Source: Pseudogymnoascus verrucosus (taxonomy: Eukaryota). Taken from it: 64,000 nt of DNA. A program made the position numbers and the translations under genes. Each line of letters starts with the position of its first letter. Within the stretch, counting starts at the first letter, position 1. Shown here piece after piece: positions 37,014-50,077 of the stretch. The notes under the pieces were generated by a model. It was given only the letters and a program-made list of their open reading frames with translations, did not search any database and was not told where the DNA came from. The stretch is from assembly GCA_001662655.1 (NCBI GenBank), contig KV460206.1; one strand, given 5' to 3'.

Positions 37014-40000
37014 GTGAAAGTTGTGCGGCGGGCGCCTGATCTGTGGACTGAAAGGCTACTTGAGGTGTGTGATCTTTGTAGTCTATCAGGATATTAGAAT
37101 GGGTTGCCAAAATATATGTCTATACCACCTATTCCCGGAATTTATTGTAACAATAACTTGAAAAATAACTTGAAAAATAACCCACTTACTTAATAGGTTG
37201 CCATTGCCCTATCATATGCATTCCTCCGGGCTTCCCATGTAGAACCCAGTTGACTGGGTGGAATTCCTCTATATATAACGCCCCTGTACCAACAAACCCC
37301 TTTGCAGACCTTTCGGGTAACACAATCATGCATCCCACCAGTTGCACGGGATTCCCACCCTCCCGTCCCAACAAAAGCAGCATAGCCAATCCCGCCCTGC
37401 CGAATGACCGCCTACCGGCACCGTCTGCATGTCCGCATCCAGCCCACCCGGCGGTAGCGGAATGACACTGCATGAGTTCTGCATGACGGGATTGGGGCCA
37501 CCGTCGTCCTGCATCCGGACGGGTGGGTGGTGCAGGCAGGGCCCAATCTTGGGGTGAGGCAGACGGCTAATCACATCATCGGCTCACCACGGCGAGGACA
37601 GCATGGGCTGTCACCAGATGTGTCTCAGTGGGGGGATACCGTGGATCCGACTTGTGCTTGGGTGCGAGAAGGGCTGATGGTATTTCGGGAGTGCAAAGTT
37701 TCGTGTTACCGAATATTGTGAGGCGGCGATATCGGACCATGACACACCGGTGTGGCCATGCGTCAGGGGGGATTGGATTTTTTTGAATATGTGAAAAGGA
37801 GAATGACTGAGGAAGATGCAAACCACTCACCGACACTCACTGTGTCTTATTTGATCCCGAGAAAATAGGACCAAGACATGAACAGAGGTAACTGACTGCG
37901 TTTGGCCCAGTAGTACAGATGCTCACCTGACCATAACGTTGGCAACTTATCTGAAACTTTCCAGAGACAAAAAAGTTTGCGTTGGAGACGCCATACGTAC
38001 GTGATAACCTGAAAAGTTGGGCCTTTGGGCTGTTGGTCGCCTCAAGCAAGGCCCACGCACCAGGGACTTGTCCCCTACATCCCCTATCTTCACCTGCGTT
38101 GGGACCTGAACGGCTGACGGTCATCCGTATGCGTCGACGAGAAAATCCAAATATCAGGATTAGGGGGCTGCGGGATCTGATCCCACTGCAGAAATGCCCG
38201 ATGATCGATATACTCGAAACCGCCTCGCATGCAGAAGCAAGAAAATGCGCGCAGCAGGCAGGCAGGTCTGACGCAGTTGTCGGGGGTCCGAGATTGGAGT
38301 CCCAATTCCCAGCAGCTTGGGAACGAGAAGAGTCCGGTGTCTTGGACTGCATGATAACCATGTCAGGCCCCGTTTGTGCTCAGTGGCCAGGTAATCCGAA
38401 TTTAGAGAGCCCTGACAATGCGAAACGGGGGGGGGGCTCAAATTTCCGACGCGAGACGATCGGGGTATCCATGCACTAACGGGACGACGCGGGGCGGTCG
38501 GCCTTGTGGATGCGACCCTACAACTATAGCATAGTGAACCAACACAATGTTCCACCCCCTATTCACACCGACCTTTCTGCAAACCGGGTTGCAACCCATC
38601 TCCAAACCGTCGTCCCGCGAGGCACTGTAGGCTACCGCGCCCGGGGAGATTAGACAAGTAGGAACACTCCAGGCGGATGCCAATCTCTCCCCAAAGCAGC
38701 CACATCTGCAGCAGGAGTCGCGGAAACCATTTAAGGAAAACATTCCATCTTCGTGCCAAGGCCGCCCTCGGCAGGAGCAAGTTCCCTAGCGTCCAACAAT
38801 GCTCCCAGAAAGACCAGAATCCGCGATTTCCGATAGACAGTCGGCCAAGGGCATGGGACTTTTTCTGGGAGCGGGTGGTAGTGGAAAAGGGAACAGGGAT
38901 CAGGGCCGTCACACTAGACTGGAACAGAGGACTCCCACCCACACACTCGGGTCAGCAGTGCAGGGGGGCGAGTAATGGGATGAGCGGGCTTGGCGTCGGG
39001 GTGGGGGTGGAGCGCAGCGGGGAGGGGATGGAGAGGACTGTGCGAGATTCGGGAGCACCGTCGTAATGTGACCTGATGATCGCAAGAGGGGGCAGTTATG
39101 GGCGCGTCCGGCGGGCCGTGGTGTAAATCATTTTAGACGGTGGATGGGGCAGCCAAGGTGAGTAGAGTCTTAGCACTCAAGAGACGACATGCTCGAGTTC
39201 TGTGCGCAGAGACACGGCCAAGAATGCTAGGAAGTCGGAAAGGGGCCATAAAGATACAGATGATGCATCCACAGCGTATTCGGCATACCAAGTACGGTAC
39301 ATATGCTTTGAACTCTTCGCATCTGGAGGAGAGGGCCTGGCCTGTCAAGTCGTTCGGAACTTTCCTTGCTTTCTTGGGACGGAGAATGACCCTTTGCGTC
39401 AGATACGGCGTGATCCATATACCCGCAGGATTCAATGGGGAAGGTCATTCAGCAAAAAGGGCTGTGCTGGTGGATGAGCTGAAAAAAAGTAGCGTTGTCC
39501 ATCTTCCTCCCCGAGCGATCGACAGTGCGACTATTGACTGTGAAAGCTCCACATGTCAACCCCTGGCAAAGTCGCATTGAAAAGCGTCTGAACCACACTG
39601 TCGGAATTCGCATTTCTGTCTGACCTCCACCACCACACCGAACCGGATTTGTAGGATGTGTAGGATTTGTTGGCTATGCTCGGTCATTTGCGCGTGCTAA
39701 ATCCTACTGTTGAAGAAATTCGGCTTAGGCGGGATAGAGCATTGGCCGGTTGGAGATGTGAGAGTCTGTGCCCTATATGTCGTTGTAATATAGTAAGTAG
39801 TAAGAGCCACTCGGCTGTATTTGGAGCAGCTTGCGCCAGAGGTACTGCTCTTGCATGCATTGTAATATAGGTTATACTGTAGTATAGGTTATCCAACCGA
39901 TTATCAAGTTATTACAAAGTCTGATTTGGCTTATCGTGGATGTAAGTAAGGGATAAGGCATAACAGTAGGTAAGGGGCATCCCGGCGTTTGTTGGAGTTG

Positions 40001-40226
40001 GAACAGGCGGATGTGTTGGAACGATGTTGGAATGACAGTTTTGCGCTTATAGTTGGAATATATTATGATGTTGGATTGGATGCCTGTATGGAAGAGATCA
40101 CTTGACGCAGGCTGCATGAGATTTTTACAAACGCACTCCCTTGCGCCTTGGAGCCCCTGTTTGTAGACAACACATCAATTTGTCCGTCGTCGTCCACGTC
40201 CCCGGGGCACCTATTGTACCGCCAAT

Positions 40227-40832
40227 ATGGAATATTTCGACCCGTTTGCGCGGCCGTGGAAACAATTCACAGTACCAAGCGGAGTGAGACTTAGAAAGCT
40301 ACTTTTACCTCCACGAGTGATACTAACTACGTCCTACCAGTTGCTGGGTACCTTGCAAAACGCAAGCCGTGGTGCACCCCTTCTCCAACTGCCAATGGAG
40401 ATTCTCATTGCTATTTTTGAGGAGGTCGATGATGTTGACCAGCTTGCGCTTGCAGTGTCTTGCAAGCACCTTCTTCAGCTTTCTACACTCGTTTCTTTGA
40501 AAACTAGCATCTGGGCAGGGCGCCTGGTAAGCCCACATCGAATGATGGATGTTCTGGTTCGGCTGCTGAGTCCTACCACGAACGCCTGGAAAATCTGTAC
40601 CATTTGTACATTATATCGGCCAACGAGGGAAAAGTACTGGAAAGCCAAAGCAGTCCTGCAGGGATGGGATGTGGTTAAGGCAGGAAAGGAAGTGCCGATG
40701 ACCGGGGGGATCAACGAGTGGAAATATAACAAAAATGCCACTGTCTGTCCAGATTGCGTATGGGGAAGAAGTAATTTTTGTCTTGCGTGGTCTCGAAGGA
40801 GGACATCATATAATCGTAGCCTACCAAAGTGA
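40227..40832 (+). CDS. Small F-box protein, paralogue 1
   Basis: LLQLPMEILIAIFEEVDDVDQLALAVSCKHLLQ; C-terminal CxxC...CPDC; 57-nt intron 40284..40340. Confidence 0.8.
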   Translation: MEYFDPFARPWKQFTVPSGVRLRKLLLPPRVILTTSYQLLGTLQNASRGAPLLQLPMEILIAIFEEVDDVDQLALAVSCKHLLQLSTLVSLKTSIWAGRLVSPHRMMDVLVRLLSPTTNAWKICTICTLYRPTREKYWKAKAVLQGWDVVKAGKEVPMTGGINEWKYNKNATVCPDCVWGRSNFCLAWSRRRTSYNRSLPK

Positions 40833-41056
40833 CCCTACTATAGAACTTGTCAGAAGATAACAAATGTTCGCAAGGCGATTCGCGCTTCTAGTTGGAGATA
40901 AATTTGATGTTGGAATTGTATGGACCAGAACGCTTAATGCAGGCTGTAGAGTATGGCCCATCGACAAACAAATTCACTTGCACTCGTCCCTTGCACTATC
41001 GCCACCCCTGCTCCTTACAACACCCGCATTTTCAAAACACCAATATTATCATCGCC

Positions 41057-41581
41057 ATGAGTTGTGGTACTAGGTACCAGAAATGGGACAAATTCATAAT
41101 TCCAAGTGAAGTGAGCTCTAACAACGTTACCTTTGCCTGTCCGTATGATGCTAATATAGCTGGCTAGGCGCTCCCAACCCTGCCGAACGCATGTACTGTT
41201 GCACCTCTCCTCCAACTGCCAACGGAGATCCTCATAACCATTTTCGACGAGGTCAATCTTATCGATCAGCTTTGTCTTGCACTGTCTTGCAAGCGCCTTC
41301 TGCAAGTCTCTACCATGGTCTCCTTGGATGTTAGTGATCCGGATGCCCTTTCACTCTACTATCGGTTGGGCCCTACCTCAAAAGACTGGAGATTCTGTTT
41401 CGGTTGCACACAATACCGTCCAACGAGGGAGAGCTACTGGAAAGCCAAAGCTAATCTAGGGAACTGGGCTGAAGCTAAGGATAAGCAAGACGATATGATG
41501 GCGATAATCCAAGATTGGGAGCATCTTCAGACCATGTTTTATTGCCCGGAATGCTTGGCGAAAATGAGATGTCTTTCATGA
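41057..41581 (+). CDS. Small F-box protein, paralogue 2
   Basis: After intron 41111..41167: LLQLPTEILITIFDEVNLIDQLCLALSCKRLLQ; WRFCFGCTQYRPTRESYWKAKA...CPEC. Confidence 0.8.
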
Positions 41582-44469
41582 ATGCTGGAATAGTGCTGAA
41601 GTAGACAACAAACTATGTAGTTATCACAACTACCATAGCACATGTCAGAAGCCAACAAAAAGCTGCATTTGAGTGGTGAAGTCTCTCGTCCCCAAATCCC
41701 CAAAATCGCCGACTCAACAAGCCCCGTCGTTCGGTCGGTAAACTCCTTTACATATACGCGCCGACGCCAGGATCCGCAAGCGCCCAGAGCACTCTGAAAC
41801 ATGTTTCGCGGGGCCGAAATCACCTTGTTGGCACTTTATCATGCACATGCCTAGGTACGTTTGAGGATTGCAGTAGTTGCCCTTCTGATCGCGATGCAGG
41901 AGTGGGTTTTTGTTGGTCTTGTCTCCTGTCGGTGATGTGGATTTTGGTTGGGGGGCAGTGCGCTGACTGTACCACTGCTGCTGCTGCTGCTACTGCTGCT
42001 AGTCATCCAGGGCATTTCACCCGACCTTACATGCCGGAACGATGGTCCGCCCGGAATTATAGGCAGGAGATTTGCAATTCCAAGATCCTAATACAGTCAG
42101 TATACACGCTATACTCTCTACGCGCAAAGATGAAGACATCACCGACCCCAATCCCGAGGACCCTCCGCCGCGTTACGCCCGGCTGAACCACCGACTGAGT
42201 GTCGAGTACATATATGAGATCGGCACAGCCAATGATGGGACTCCCTTTCTACAGGCATATCCCCAAAACCACGAGCGAGCGAGCCGGAGTATGGTACCCC
42301 CCAAACCCTTCCCCTTCCCGAGAGGCGTATGGTGCTTCTGTGTTGGAACGGGAGCCAATCATGCCCGGTTCCCAAGGTACGACGGCGACGGGCAACCCAC
42401 CCACCTGGCTCGCTGTCTTTTGGGTCGTTCTTTACTTGTTGTACCTGTCACACGATTCCGCACACCCAGACCAGCCGGAAGGGGGACTAACCACCCGCCC
42501 GCTATCCCCAAAGATGCTCCTTCCCCCTCCAAAAGGGCTGGCTGGGATGGTCTGGGATGGGCTGGGACTGGGCAAATGCATACTCCACTTCTGGCCCACT
42601 GCGTACAACTGCAGCATCTTGCATATTGTAGTCGGGTACATCTGTGCAACGTATTGGAACTCTTATGTACACTACACTACGTACGTGTACGTGGACGCTT
42701 GGGGAGGAGGGGAGGAGGGGTGTTGTACCCGTATCACGGTGTACTATATTGGTCGTTGATGCTCAAAGAAACGCTCGAAGAGAGTACAGTATATGGTAGA
42801 CAGCACACAAGAAACGGGCTGGAGCATGCTGGCACGATGTTACCAGACCAATTGTTTCCTGCAGCTCGGCGGCCCGAGCGAGTGAGTCGTCGAATGCGTC
42901 GAGTGAGTCCAGGAGAACACGCAGGAGAGCACGCAGCACAGCACAGCACGCTTGATCGACCATGCTCCATCCAGCCAGTACGCTAGCAACAATGAGAAAT
43001 GAGACGATCAAGTTACATCCAACGCGAGGCCGTGGATCGATCCGATGCGATGTACTGTAATATCAAAAGCGAATCGCCCTGCCTCCCATGCCTCGCATAT
43101 GCACTCATGCGGCTTGCCCTGCCCGCCCCATCGCAACTCTGCACTGGATCGGGTCGCTGTGGTAGTAGATTTGGACGGGCAGAGGCATGCGATGCAGATG
43201 TATGCATGTGAGTGTATGTAGAGTATGAGTAGAGTGCATACTCCCCCCGATGCACCCACAACAGATTATTATTTTTTTGCTCGGTCTACTTTCAATGGAT
43301 TCATGTCTCCTCCTTCCTGAATCTGCCAGAGAATCTCAGCCCACACACCACACCCTCCCCTTCCTCCCCCCCCGGCTCCCTTCCTTCCCGTATGTCTCTC
43401 CTGGGTTGTCCCTGCCTTGCCTGCCTGCGGCGGTATCTGCACCCATCGTCGTATCATCGTCATCATCGCCAAGCTCCAGATCATTTCCTCCGGGGGACCA
43501 ACAAGGAAGACACGACGCAGACACAGACGCAGGCAGATACAGCTGGTTAATTTATGGCCTGTTCCATGCATTGAAAAGCCCTGTGGATCCCCTCTTCCCC
43601 CGTCCCCCCTTATCCTTTACTAAGATCCATCCATCTCTTCTCCATACTTCTGCGTCACAAAAACGTTGTTCGCCAAGAGCCTTCATTTTCTCAACATCAA
43701 GACCAAATCTCCACCAAAAACCACCGTCCCGTAGCCCTTGCTCGGCATCCTGCTCATCACTGACCCTGCTAATTCACCCCTCCCTTGACGGAACCCAGCA
43801 GTTTGAGCAACGAAACAACGCTTAAACGCTACCATCCTAGCACATATTGACAAGGGCAAATGCCCACGGTGCAAACACACACTTCTCTGGGGCAAGTTTC
43901 TGGGACGGATATAGTCGTTACGACTCTACGCATTAAGAGCCAATAATACTGGCAGGTCGATTTCCACATTTGTCCCCTCCCGACTAGCAGATACTTTTTG
44001 AGAAAGCAGCCCACAAGGCCAGCAAACACGACGGGGCCAGGGAGCGGGGACCAACTGCCTCACGGGCTAGTATATTTCAACTGACCCATATCTCCGAAGA
44101 CCCACTGGGAGGATAGACCACCATCCATACCAAAATACCAAACTACCACAAATCCCACGATCCCACACACAGGAGTCCAACACATTACCACAAGGTTGAG
44201 AGTAATATACAGCACATAGAGCAAGGTACAGTAGCTCGCTGCATGAATAACGCTCCTGTGGTGTACGTTTGGAAAATCAGGGGCAAAGGCACAATCACAA
44301 TCACCGCATCAATAACAACAACAACCGCTCAATTTTAGTACGGACAGACTATACCTAGGCTATACCCAAAAAGCCCCCAAAGTTACTCAACGACGCTCTA
44401 CAATACAAGTCATAGACTACGAAGTACGACGTTAGCTCGCGCTGGGCGTTATTGTGGAGTATAAAAGTA

Positions 44470-44615
44470 GTACTACCTGCTACCCCCTACTACTCTACTA
44501 CTCTACTACTCTACTACTCTACTACTACCCTACTACCCTACTACTAGAGTACTACACTACTACTAGAGTACCAGACGTACCGTACCCAAACTACCCAGAG
44601 ACTACCCAGACTATC
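44470..44615. repeat. CTA/TACTC low-complexity microsatellite upstream of laeA
   Basis: Imperfect runs of ctactact / ctaccc units. Confidence 0.7.
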
Positions 44616-45044
44616 CTTGGAGCCAACACCGAGGGAGCGAACGACACTATTTTAGACGCCGAACCCCATCAATTGCCGCTTGGGAATCAGGTTCGCACTT
44701 AAAAGTAGCCTGCTACCTGCTACCGTCCTGCACCCATCCCCTCCGTTGGGCCACAAGAACCCCTCACACCCGCCTCCACCATTTTTCAGATACGCGACCC
44801 TACTTTACTACCACCAACGTTTATATACACTTACATACACCACCACACCACACGATCTCCAACTCCCTACCTTATTGAACCTCCACTTCACCTCCATTCT
44901 ACCTCTACCTCTATTTTTAAAAGCTCTTGAAGCCCTTACCTTACCCCCGTCGTTTCGTTTGAAACGCAAAGGTCCACCAGCCGAGCACAGTTCATGTCGC
45001 CATCATAGCATCCTGAGACACTGTCCCTTCCCAGGTCTGGCTCA

Positions 45045-46409
45045 ATGGTCGTAGTGATGGCCGCCAATGGGTACGTGCTTCCCTCCCTCCCGTGTGCCAA
45101 TCGAGTCCCTATTTCAATGATCGCATTCCTCACTTCCCTCACCCCCCTCTCGCTATCACTTTTCACTCTGCCTCGACCACCTTGTCCGCCCCTCATTCAT
45201 GGACAGCCGCACTAACAGATATCGTTGGCGCCTAGTACTCATCCTCATCAGCAGCATACCATGGCTGGCAACCCCCCCGATTACGAAGAGAATGGGCGCT
45301 TGTATCACGGCTACCGAAAGGGCATTTACATGTTCCCATGCGACGAGGTACGGAACCCCTCACAAAACTTTTCTCTCGTGCAGCCTCACAGCCCCCCCAC
45401 ACACTGGACTGACATCTTGCGCGCGCACAGGAAGAGAAGGATCGCATGGATATCTTCCACCAGTTCTTCCTTGTAGCACGAGGCGTGCACTCCTCTGCAC
45501 CATACAGGAAGAACGACGATCACAGGATACTGGATTTGGGCACTGGCACTGGGATATGGGCGATTGACATGGCTGAGTAAGAAAAATACTGCCCTCTCGA
45601 GCTGGCACAGAGCTGACTGCGATCCTGTAGCGCGTATCCCCATGCTGAGGTTATGGGATTCGACATTTCACTGATGCAGCCGCAAACGTAAGTATTCCAG
45701 CCGCACTTGCCTCAGCCGTGCTCATGCAGCAGTCCATAGGCTGACTAGATTGCGCAGCATTCCCCCAAATCTTCAGTTTAGGAGACGCGATTTCGAAGCA
45801 ACATGGGGTGGCCTTCCTATGGATTCGTGGGACTTGATACATCTGCGGATGCTGGCGGGCTCGATATCCAGTTACCAAATACTATACGCAAATATCTTTC
45901 GGTATGTTAGACACCTGTAAACATGGCACTGGACTGCTGCTTACTCAGTTTATAGGCATCTCAAGCCTGATTTCGGCTATATAGAGCATATCGAGATCGA
46001 CTTCACTCCCAGATGCGACAACGGGAGCCTTCCCCGCAATGCCGCGTTATATGAGTGGGCGAACAACCTCATGAGTGCGACGGAGCAGGCCTACAAGCCG
46101 ATGGCTTACAATACCGAAACCAGGTCAATGCTCCAGAATACGGGATTTGTTGAAATCAAAGAACAAATCATCAAAATACCTTTCAACCCCTGGCCGCATG
46201 ATGCACACGAGAGGGATATCGGCAGGTGGTTTAACCTGGGCCTGTGCCAAGGGCTTGAGGCCTTCACTCTGGCTCCTATGACTAGAATCCTTAACTGGGA
46301 TCGGGGGCGTGTTGCAAGATTGGTCGCGGACGTGAAGAGGGAGATCTGCACGAAGAGGCATGAGGTCTACTGCGAAATGCACATATGGACAGCGCGCCGT
46401 CCCGCATGA
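45045..46409 (+). CDS. laeA: LaeA/LAE1-type SAM-dependent methyltransferase (secondary metabolism regulator)
   Basis: [71 protein letters not shown]; introns 45071..45235, 45348..45430, 45577..45630, 45688..45757, 45902..45955. Confidence 0.85.
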
Positions 46410-48244
46410 ACCCCGCCATCCCTCACATAATCAGCGCCTCGTCGCATTCCACGGGCCAAGTGCCACATTGCTGCGAGCATCACCAATACGAAACCATCCT
46501 TAATTTATCGACCAGAGTGTCGATGCGGCCTCAGCTTTGTGTCCCTCTGCGCCACTACAGACACCCCTCGATTCTGGTATCGACACCCACCTTCGATACA
46601 GCCTCGGTTTGTGAGGACTGGATTTTTATTTATCGACCAGACACGCCGGGAATCAATAAATCGTCGGGCCTGTAGGCTCTGTGCTCTGTCGTATTCGGCC
46701 CTTTATGTCACTCAGCGCGATCTGGAACAGCTTCACGCAATTCCAAAGCGCACACAAGACTGATCGTTGGGCTCGAGACGACCCAGCACTTATGACCTAA
46801 AATTCCGACACGGTCAATCTAGCAGCAGACCAAGGTGACATCACACGAAAAGTAATATGTTGTGCACCGCGAGAATGTCTCAGCAATCCGGCGTCCTGGG
46901 ATTGGGACACAGCAGGTCAGGTAACAAGGGTTCGAAATATTATGTTTTTTTCAGAGCGAAAACAAGAGATACCAAGCAGCAGTGGTGGAATGTACGTGGG
47001 ACGTGTTCGTGCAGCGAGGTGGGCGAGATGTGACTTTTGACGGCATATACTTCAGGTTTGGGGGGTGGGCGGCGGGTTATATCCCTGGTGATGGGCGGGA
47101 GACGCTCGGATGGTGACCTGTCACATCAGCCATGACGCGGACGTCACCGGACTAGAAAGACCGACCGATGAGATGGGACTGTGGGAGGTAACACAAAGGG
47201 TCTGCACGGCGATCTCACGCCTAAGGGCGAGGACAAATATTGGAAAAATGACTGCGGGGAAGAGGAGTTGTAGTTAGTACGCGTGCATGCAATACGGGGC
47301 AAAAACGCATTTGGGTAGCTAGGGTTTTCGGGCGGGTGTTCAAGAGATGGATGGTTAGATTGTGATGGATTTTTTTATAAGGATCCTCCTTTCGTGATAG
47401 TTCACTTCAGCGAGCGGTGGTTAGTTGAGTTAGATTAGCTGGGTCTGGTTGCTGCGATTGCCTTTGAAGCAAAGAAGTTTGGAGTTTCGCATCTGGGAGA
47501 TACACATGGCTGGGCAGCTTTCGAGTTGGGACATTATGGGACGGAATGGGAGGAGGATTAGACAACAAATTCTAGAGGTATATGAATAGAATAGGCCAAT
47601 TAATAGTCAAGCAAGTTTGACGTGCTACAAGAAGCTGAGATGTGAGGGGCCTGACTTCGACGATGTTGGTGGTGGTTGAGTATTTTCGGTTTCTGTGTAC
47701 GAAGTAAATTTACTCAATCATTAAAAAGTGCAATGGATAATTCTTATACTTATGAACAAAGACCCCTCCAATTTCTTTTGAGGGTTTTACTGTCGTCGTC
47801 GTCTGGCCAGCACGTCGACTTGGCTCGTTTTAGTCTAGGTGCTACCCTGGGGGTCGTTGCTGTGCCAACCTGCTTTGTTGACGAGGCCCATAAAGTCTCG
47901 CCCACACCTCACCTCTCATACTTTTCTCACCACTTCACTTGTACAATCTATATCCGCTTACCTCCTCATCCTCTACCGCTCTACCAAACATCTTCAAAGC
48001 TTCCTCAGAATATTTAAAAGTCCATTAGATCAGTATTGCTTTGCAGCCTACTGATCGCCTCCGACTTGGCCCATTCTCCACGAAGCCATTTTCGATTATC
48101 GAGCACAAAAACCGAATATACTAACCCCACACTACCAGGAACCATTAGGTTGAGTCTCTTGGAGCTTGCTCGATTATTGAATCTCCGCCATCGATCGATA
48201 CATTAACTTGTCTTTCGACCGAGATCAATCACCGACTGCACATC

Positions 48245-50077
48245 ATGGCAACCGCCGTGTGCACGCCCATCAAATCCCACGCCGGCATGTTCTCCTCGAG
48301 GACCGCCGGCGGCCGGATGCCACTTACTCCCTCTCCTCGCATGCGCTCCCTGGCCCAGCCAGTCAACAACTCGTCTCCTTTCACCCCCGAGCGTCCCGCT
48401 TCCAAGGACGAGAGCCTCCGCGCATCCAAGTCCACCTACGGCGGCGGAAACCTCGCCTCACACTTCACCAAGTCCTCGTCGAGGACGCACAGAGACTCGC
48501 CCAAGTCCAACATTGCTCGCGTTGTGGCGACTCCTCGTCGCGCGCTTGAGCTCGGCGTCTCGGATTTCACTCTCGTCGGCACTGGTGCCAAGACCCCTTC
48601 CAGCTCCAAGTCGAGGAAGGCCCCGCTTCGCACGAAGTCGAACAAGACTACCATTTCATACGGCGGTGACAGGTTCATCCCGAACAGAACTGCTAGCTCT
48701 GGTATTGTCACAGCGGGTTCTGGAAAGCTCGATGCTGCCGACAAGCAGCGCCCAAAGACCAGCAATGGCGATGGATCCTCGGTCCTTGCTTCTGGTGCTA
48801 GCGCTTTCGACGTCGGTGGACGTGGCGCTGATGACGATGTTGCCGCTGCTTTCGACGGCCTGAACCTTGCCGATGAGGAGCCAGCGACTACATACTCACG
48901 TCCATCGCCAAACTCTGTCGCCTACCAAGACTCGTTGGCATCTGCCTGCGGCATCTCGCAAAACACCCGCATTCTTGCATTCAAGCCGGCGCCTCCGGAG
49001 TCGTCCAAGCCAATCGACCTTCGCTCCCAATACAACCGTCCTCTCAAGCCTGCCAGCTCTACTACGGCCCAGTTCAGACGCCGTGTCGCCACTGCCCCAG
49101 AGCGTGTTCTTGATGCCCCTGGACTCGTCGATGACTACTATCTCAATCTCCTCGACTGGAGCTCCAACAACCAGGTTGCCATTGGCCTCGAGCGCAATGT
49201 CTACGTCTGGTCCGCTGAGTCCGGAACCGTCAGCTCTCTTCTCGAGACTAGCCCAGACACCTATGTCAGCAGCGTCAAGTGGTCCGGCGACGGAGCATAC
49301 GTCGGCGTTGGACTCGGCACGGGTGAGGTCCAGATCTGGGACGTTGAGGAGGGCACCAAGCTCCGCAGCATGCACGGACACGATACCCGTGTTGGTGTTA
49401 TGGGATGGAACAAGCACACCCTCTCCACCGGTGCTCGTAGCGGACTCGTCTTTAACCACGATGTGCGCATCGCCCAGCACAAGACCGCCGAGCTCGTCTC
49501 ACACACCTCCGAGGTCTGTGGCCTCGAGTGGCGCGCTGATGGTGCCCAGCTCGCTACTGGCGGCAACGACAACCTCGTCTCCATCTGGGACGCCCGCTCC
49601 CTCTCCGTCCCCAAGTTCACCAAGACCAACCACAAGGCTGCCGTCAAGGCCATCAGCTGGTGCCCATGGCAACCCAACCTCCTCGCCACCGGCGGCGGAT
49701 CCTACGATCGCCACATCCACTTCTGGAACTCCACCTCCGGTGCTCGCGTCAACAGCATTGACACCGGCTCCCAGGTGACCTCCCTGCGCTGGAGCCCTCA
49801 CTACCGCGAGATCGTCAGCACCAGCGGCTTCCCCGACAACTCTCTCAGCATCTGGAGCTACCCAACTCTGGTCCGCAACGTCGAGATCCCCGCCCACGAG
49901 ACCCGCGTCCTCCACAGCTGCCTCAGCCCTGACGGACAAATGCTCGCCACCGCCGCCGCGGACGAGTCCCTCAAGTTCTGGAAGGTCTTCGAGAAGAAGG
50001 CTGGCGCTGCGTCTTCTGCGCTCTCCGGCACTGCCTCGGGCAAGGCCGAGATGGTCAAGCAGATGACTATCCGCTAA
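48245..50077 (+). CDS. CDC20: APC/C co-activator Cdc20/Slp1 (WD40)
   Basis: C-box DRFIPNR, RILAF motif, PERVLDAPGLVDDYYLNLLDW, WD40 repeats, C-terminal IR tail; possible 5'UTR intron at about 48033..48138. Confidence 0.95.
   Translation: MATAVCTPIKSHAGMFSSRTAGGRMPLTPSPRMRSLAQPVNNSSPFTPERPASKDESLRASKSTYGGGNLASHFTKSSSRTHRDSPKSNIARVVATPRRALELGVSDFTLVGTGAKTPSSSKSRKAPLRTKSNKTTISYGGDRFIPNRTASSGIVTAGSGKLDAADKQRPKTSNGDGSSVLASGASAFDVGGRGADDDVAAAFDGLNLADEEPATTYSRPSPNSVAYQDSLASACGISQNTRILAFKPAPPESSKPIDLRSQYNRPLKPASSTTAQFRRRVATAPERVLDAPGLVDDYYLNLLDWSSNNQVAIGLERNVYVWSAESGTVSSLLETSPDTYVSSVKWSGDGAYVGVGLGTGEVQIWDVEEGTKLRSMHGHDTRVGVMGWNKHTLSTGARSGLVFNHDVRIAQHKTAELVSHTSEVCGLEWRADGAQLATGGNDNLVSIWDARSLSVPKFTKTNHKAAVKAISWCPWQPNLLATGGGSYDRHIHFWNSTSGARVNSIDTGSQVTSLRWSPHYREIVSTSGFPDNSLSIWSYPTLVRNVEIPAHETRVLHSCLSPDGQMLATAAADESLKFWKVFEKKAGAASSALSGTASGKAEMVKQMTIR

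Noticed and set aside
37100..40200. Many overlapping ORFs and a short AATAACTTGAAA duplication near 37153
   Set aside because: No domain signal or consistent splice pattern; the duplication is trivial
42072..42986. 304-aa ORF upstream of laeA
   Set aside because: TTG start and no motif; only the first ~70 aa look protein-like, too weak to call
35936..46409. Secondary-metabolite cluster around laeA
   Set aside because: No PKS, NRPS, terpene synthase or tailoring-gene set in the window; laeA acts in trans
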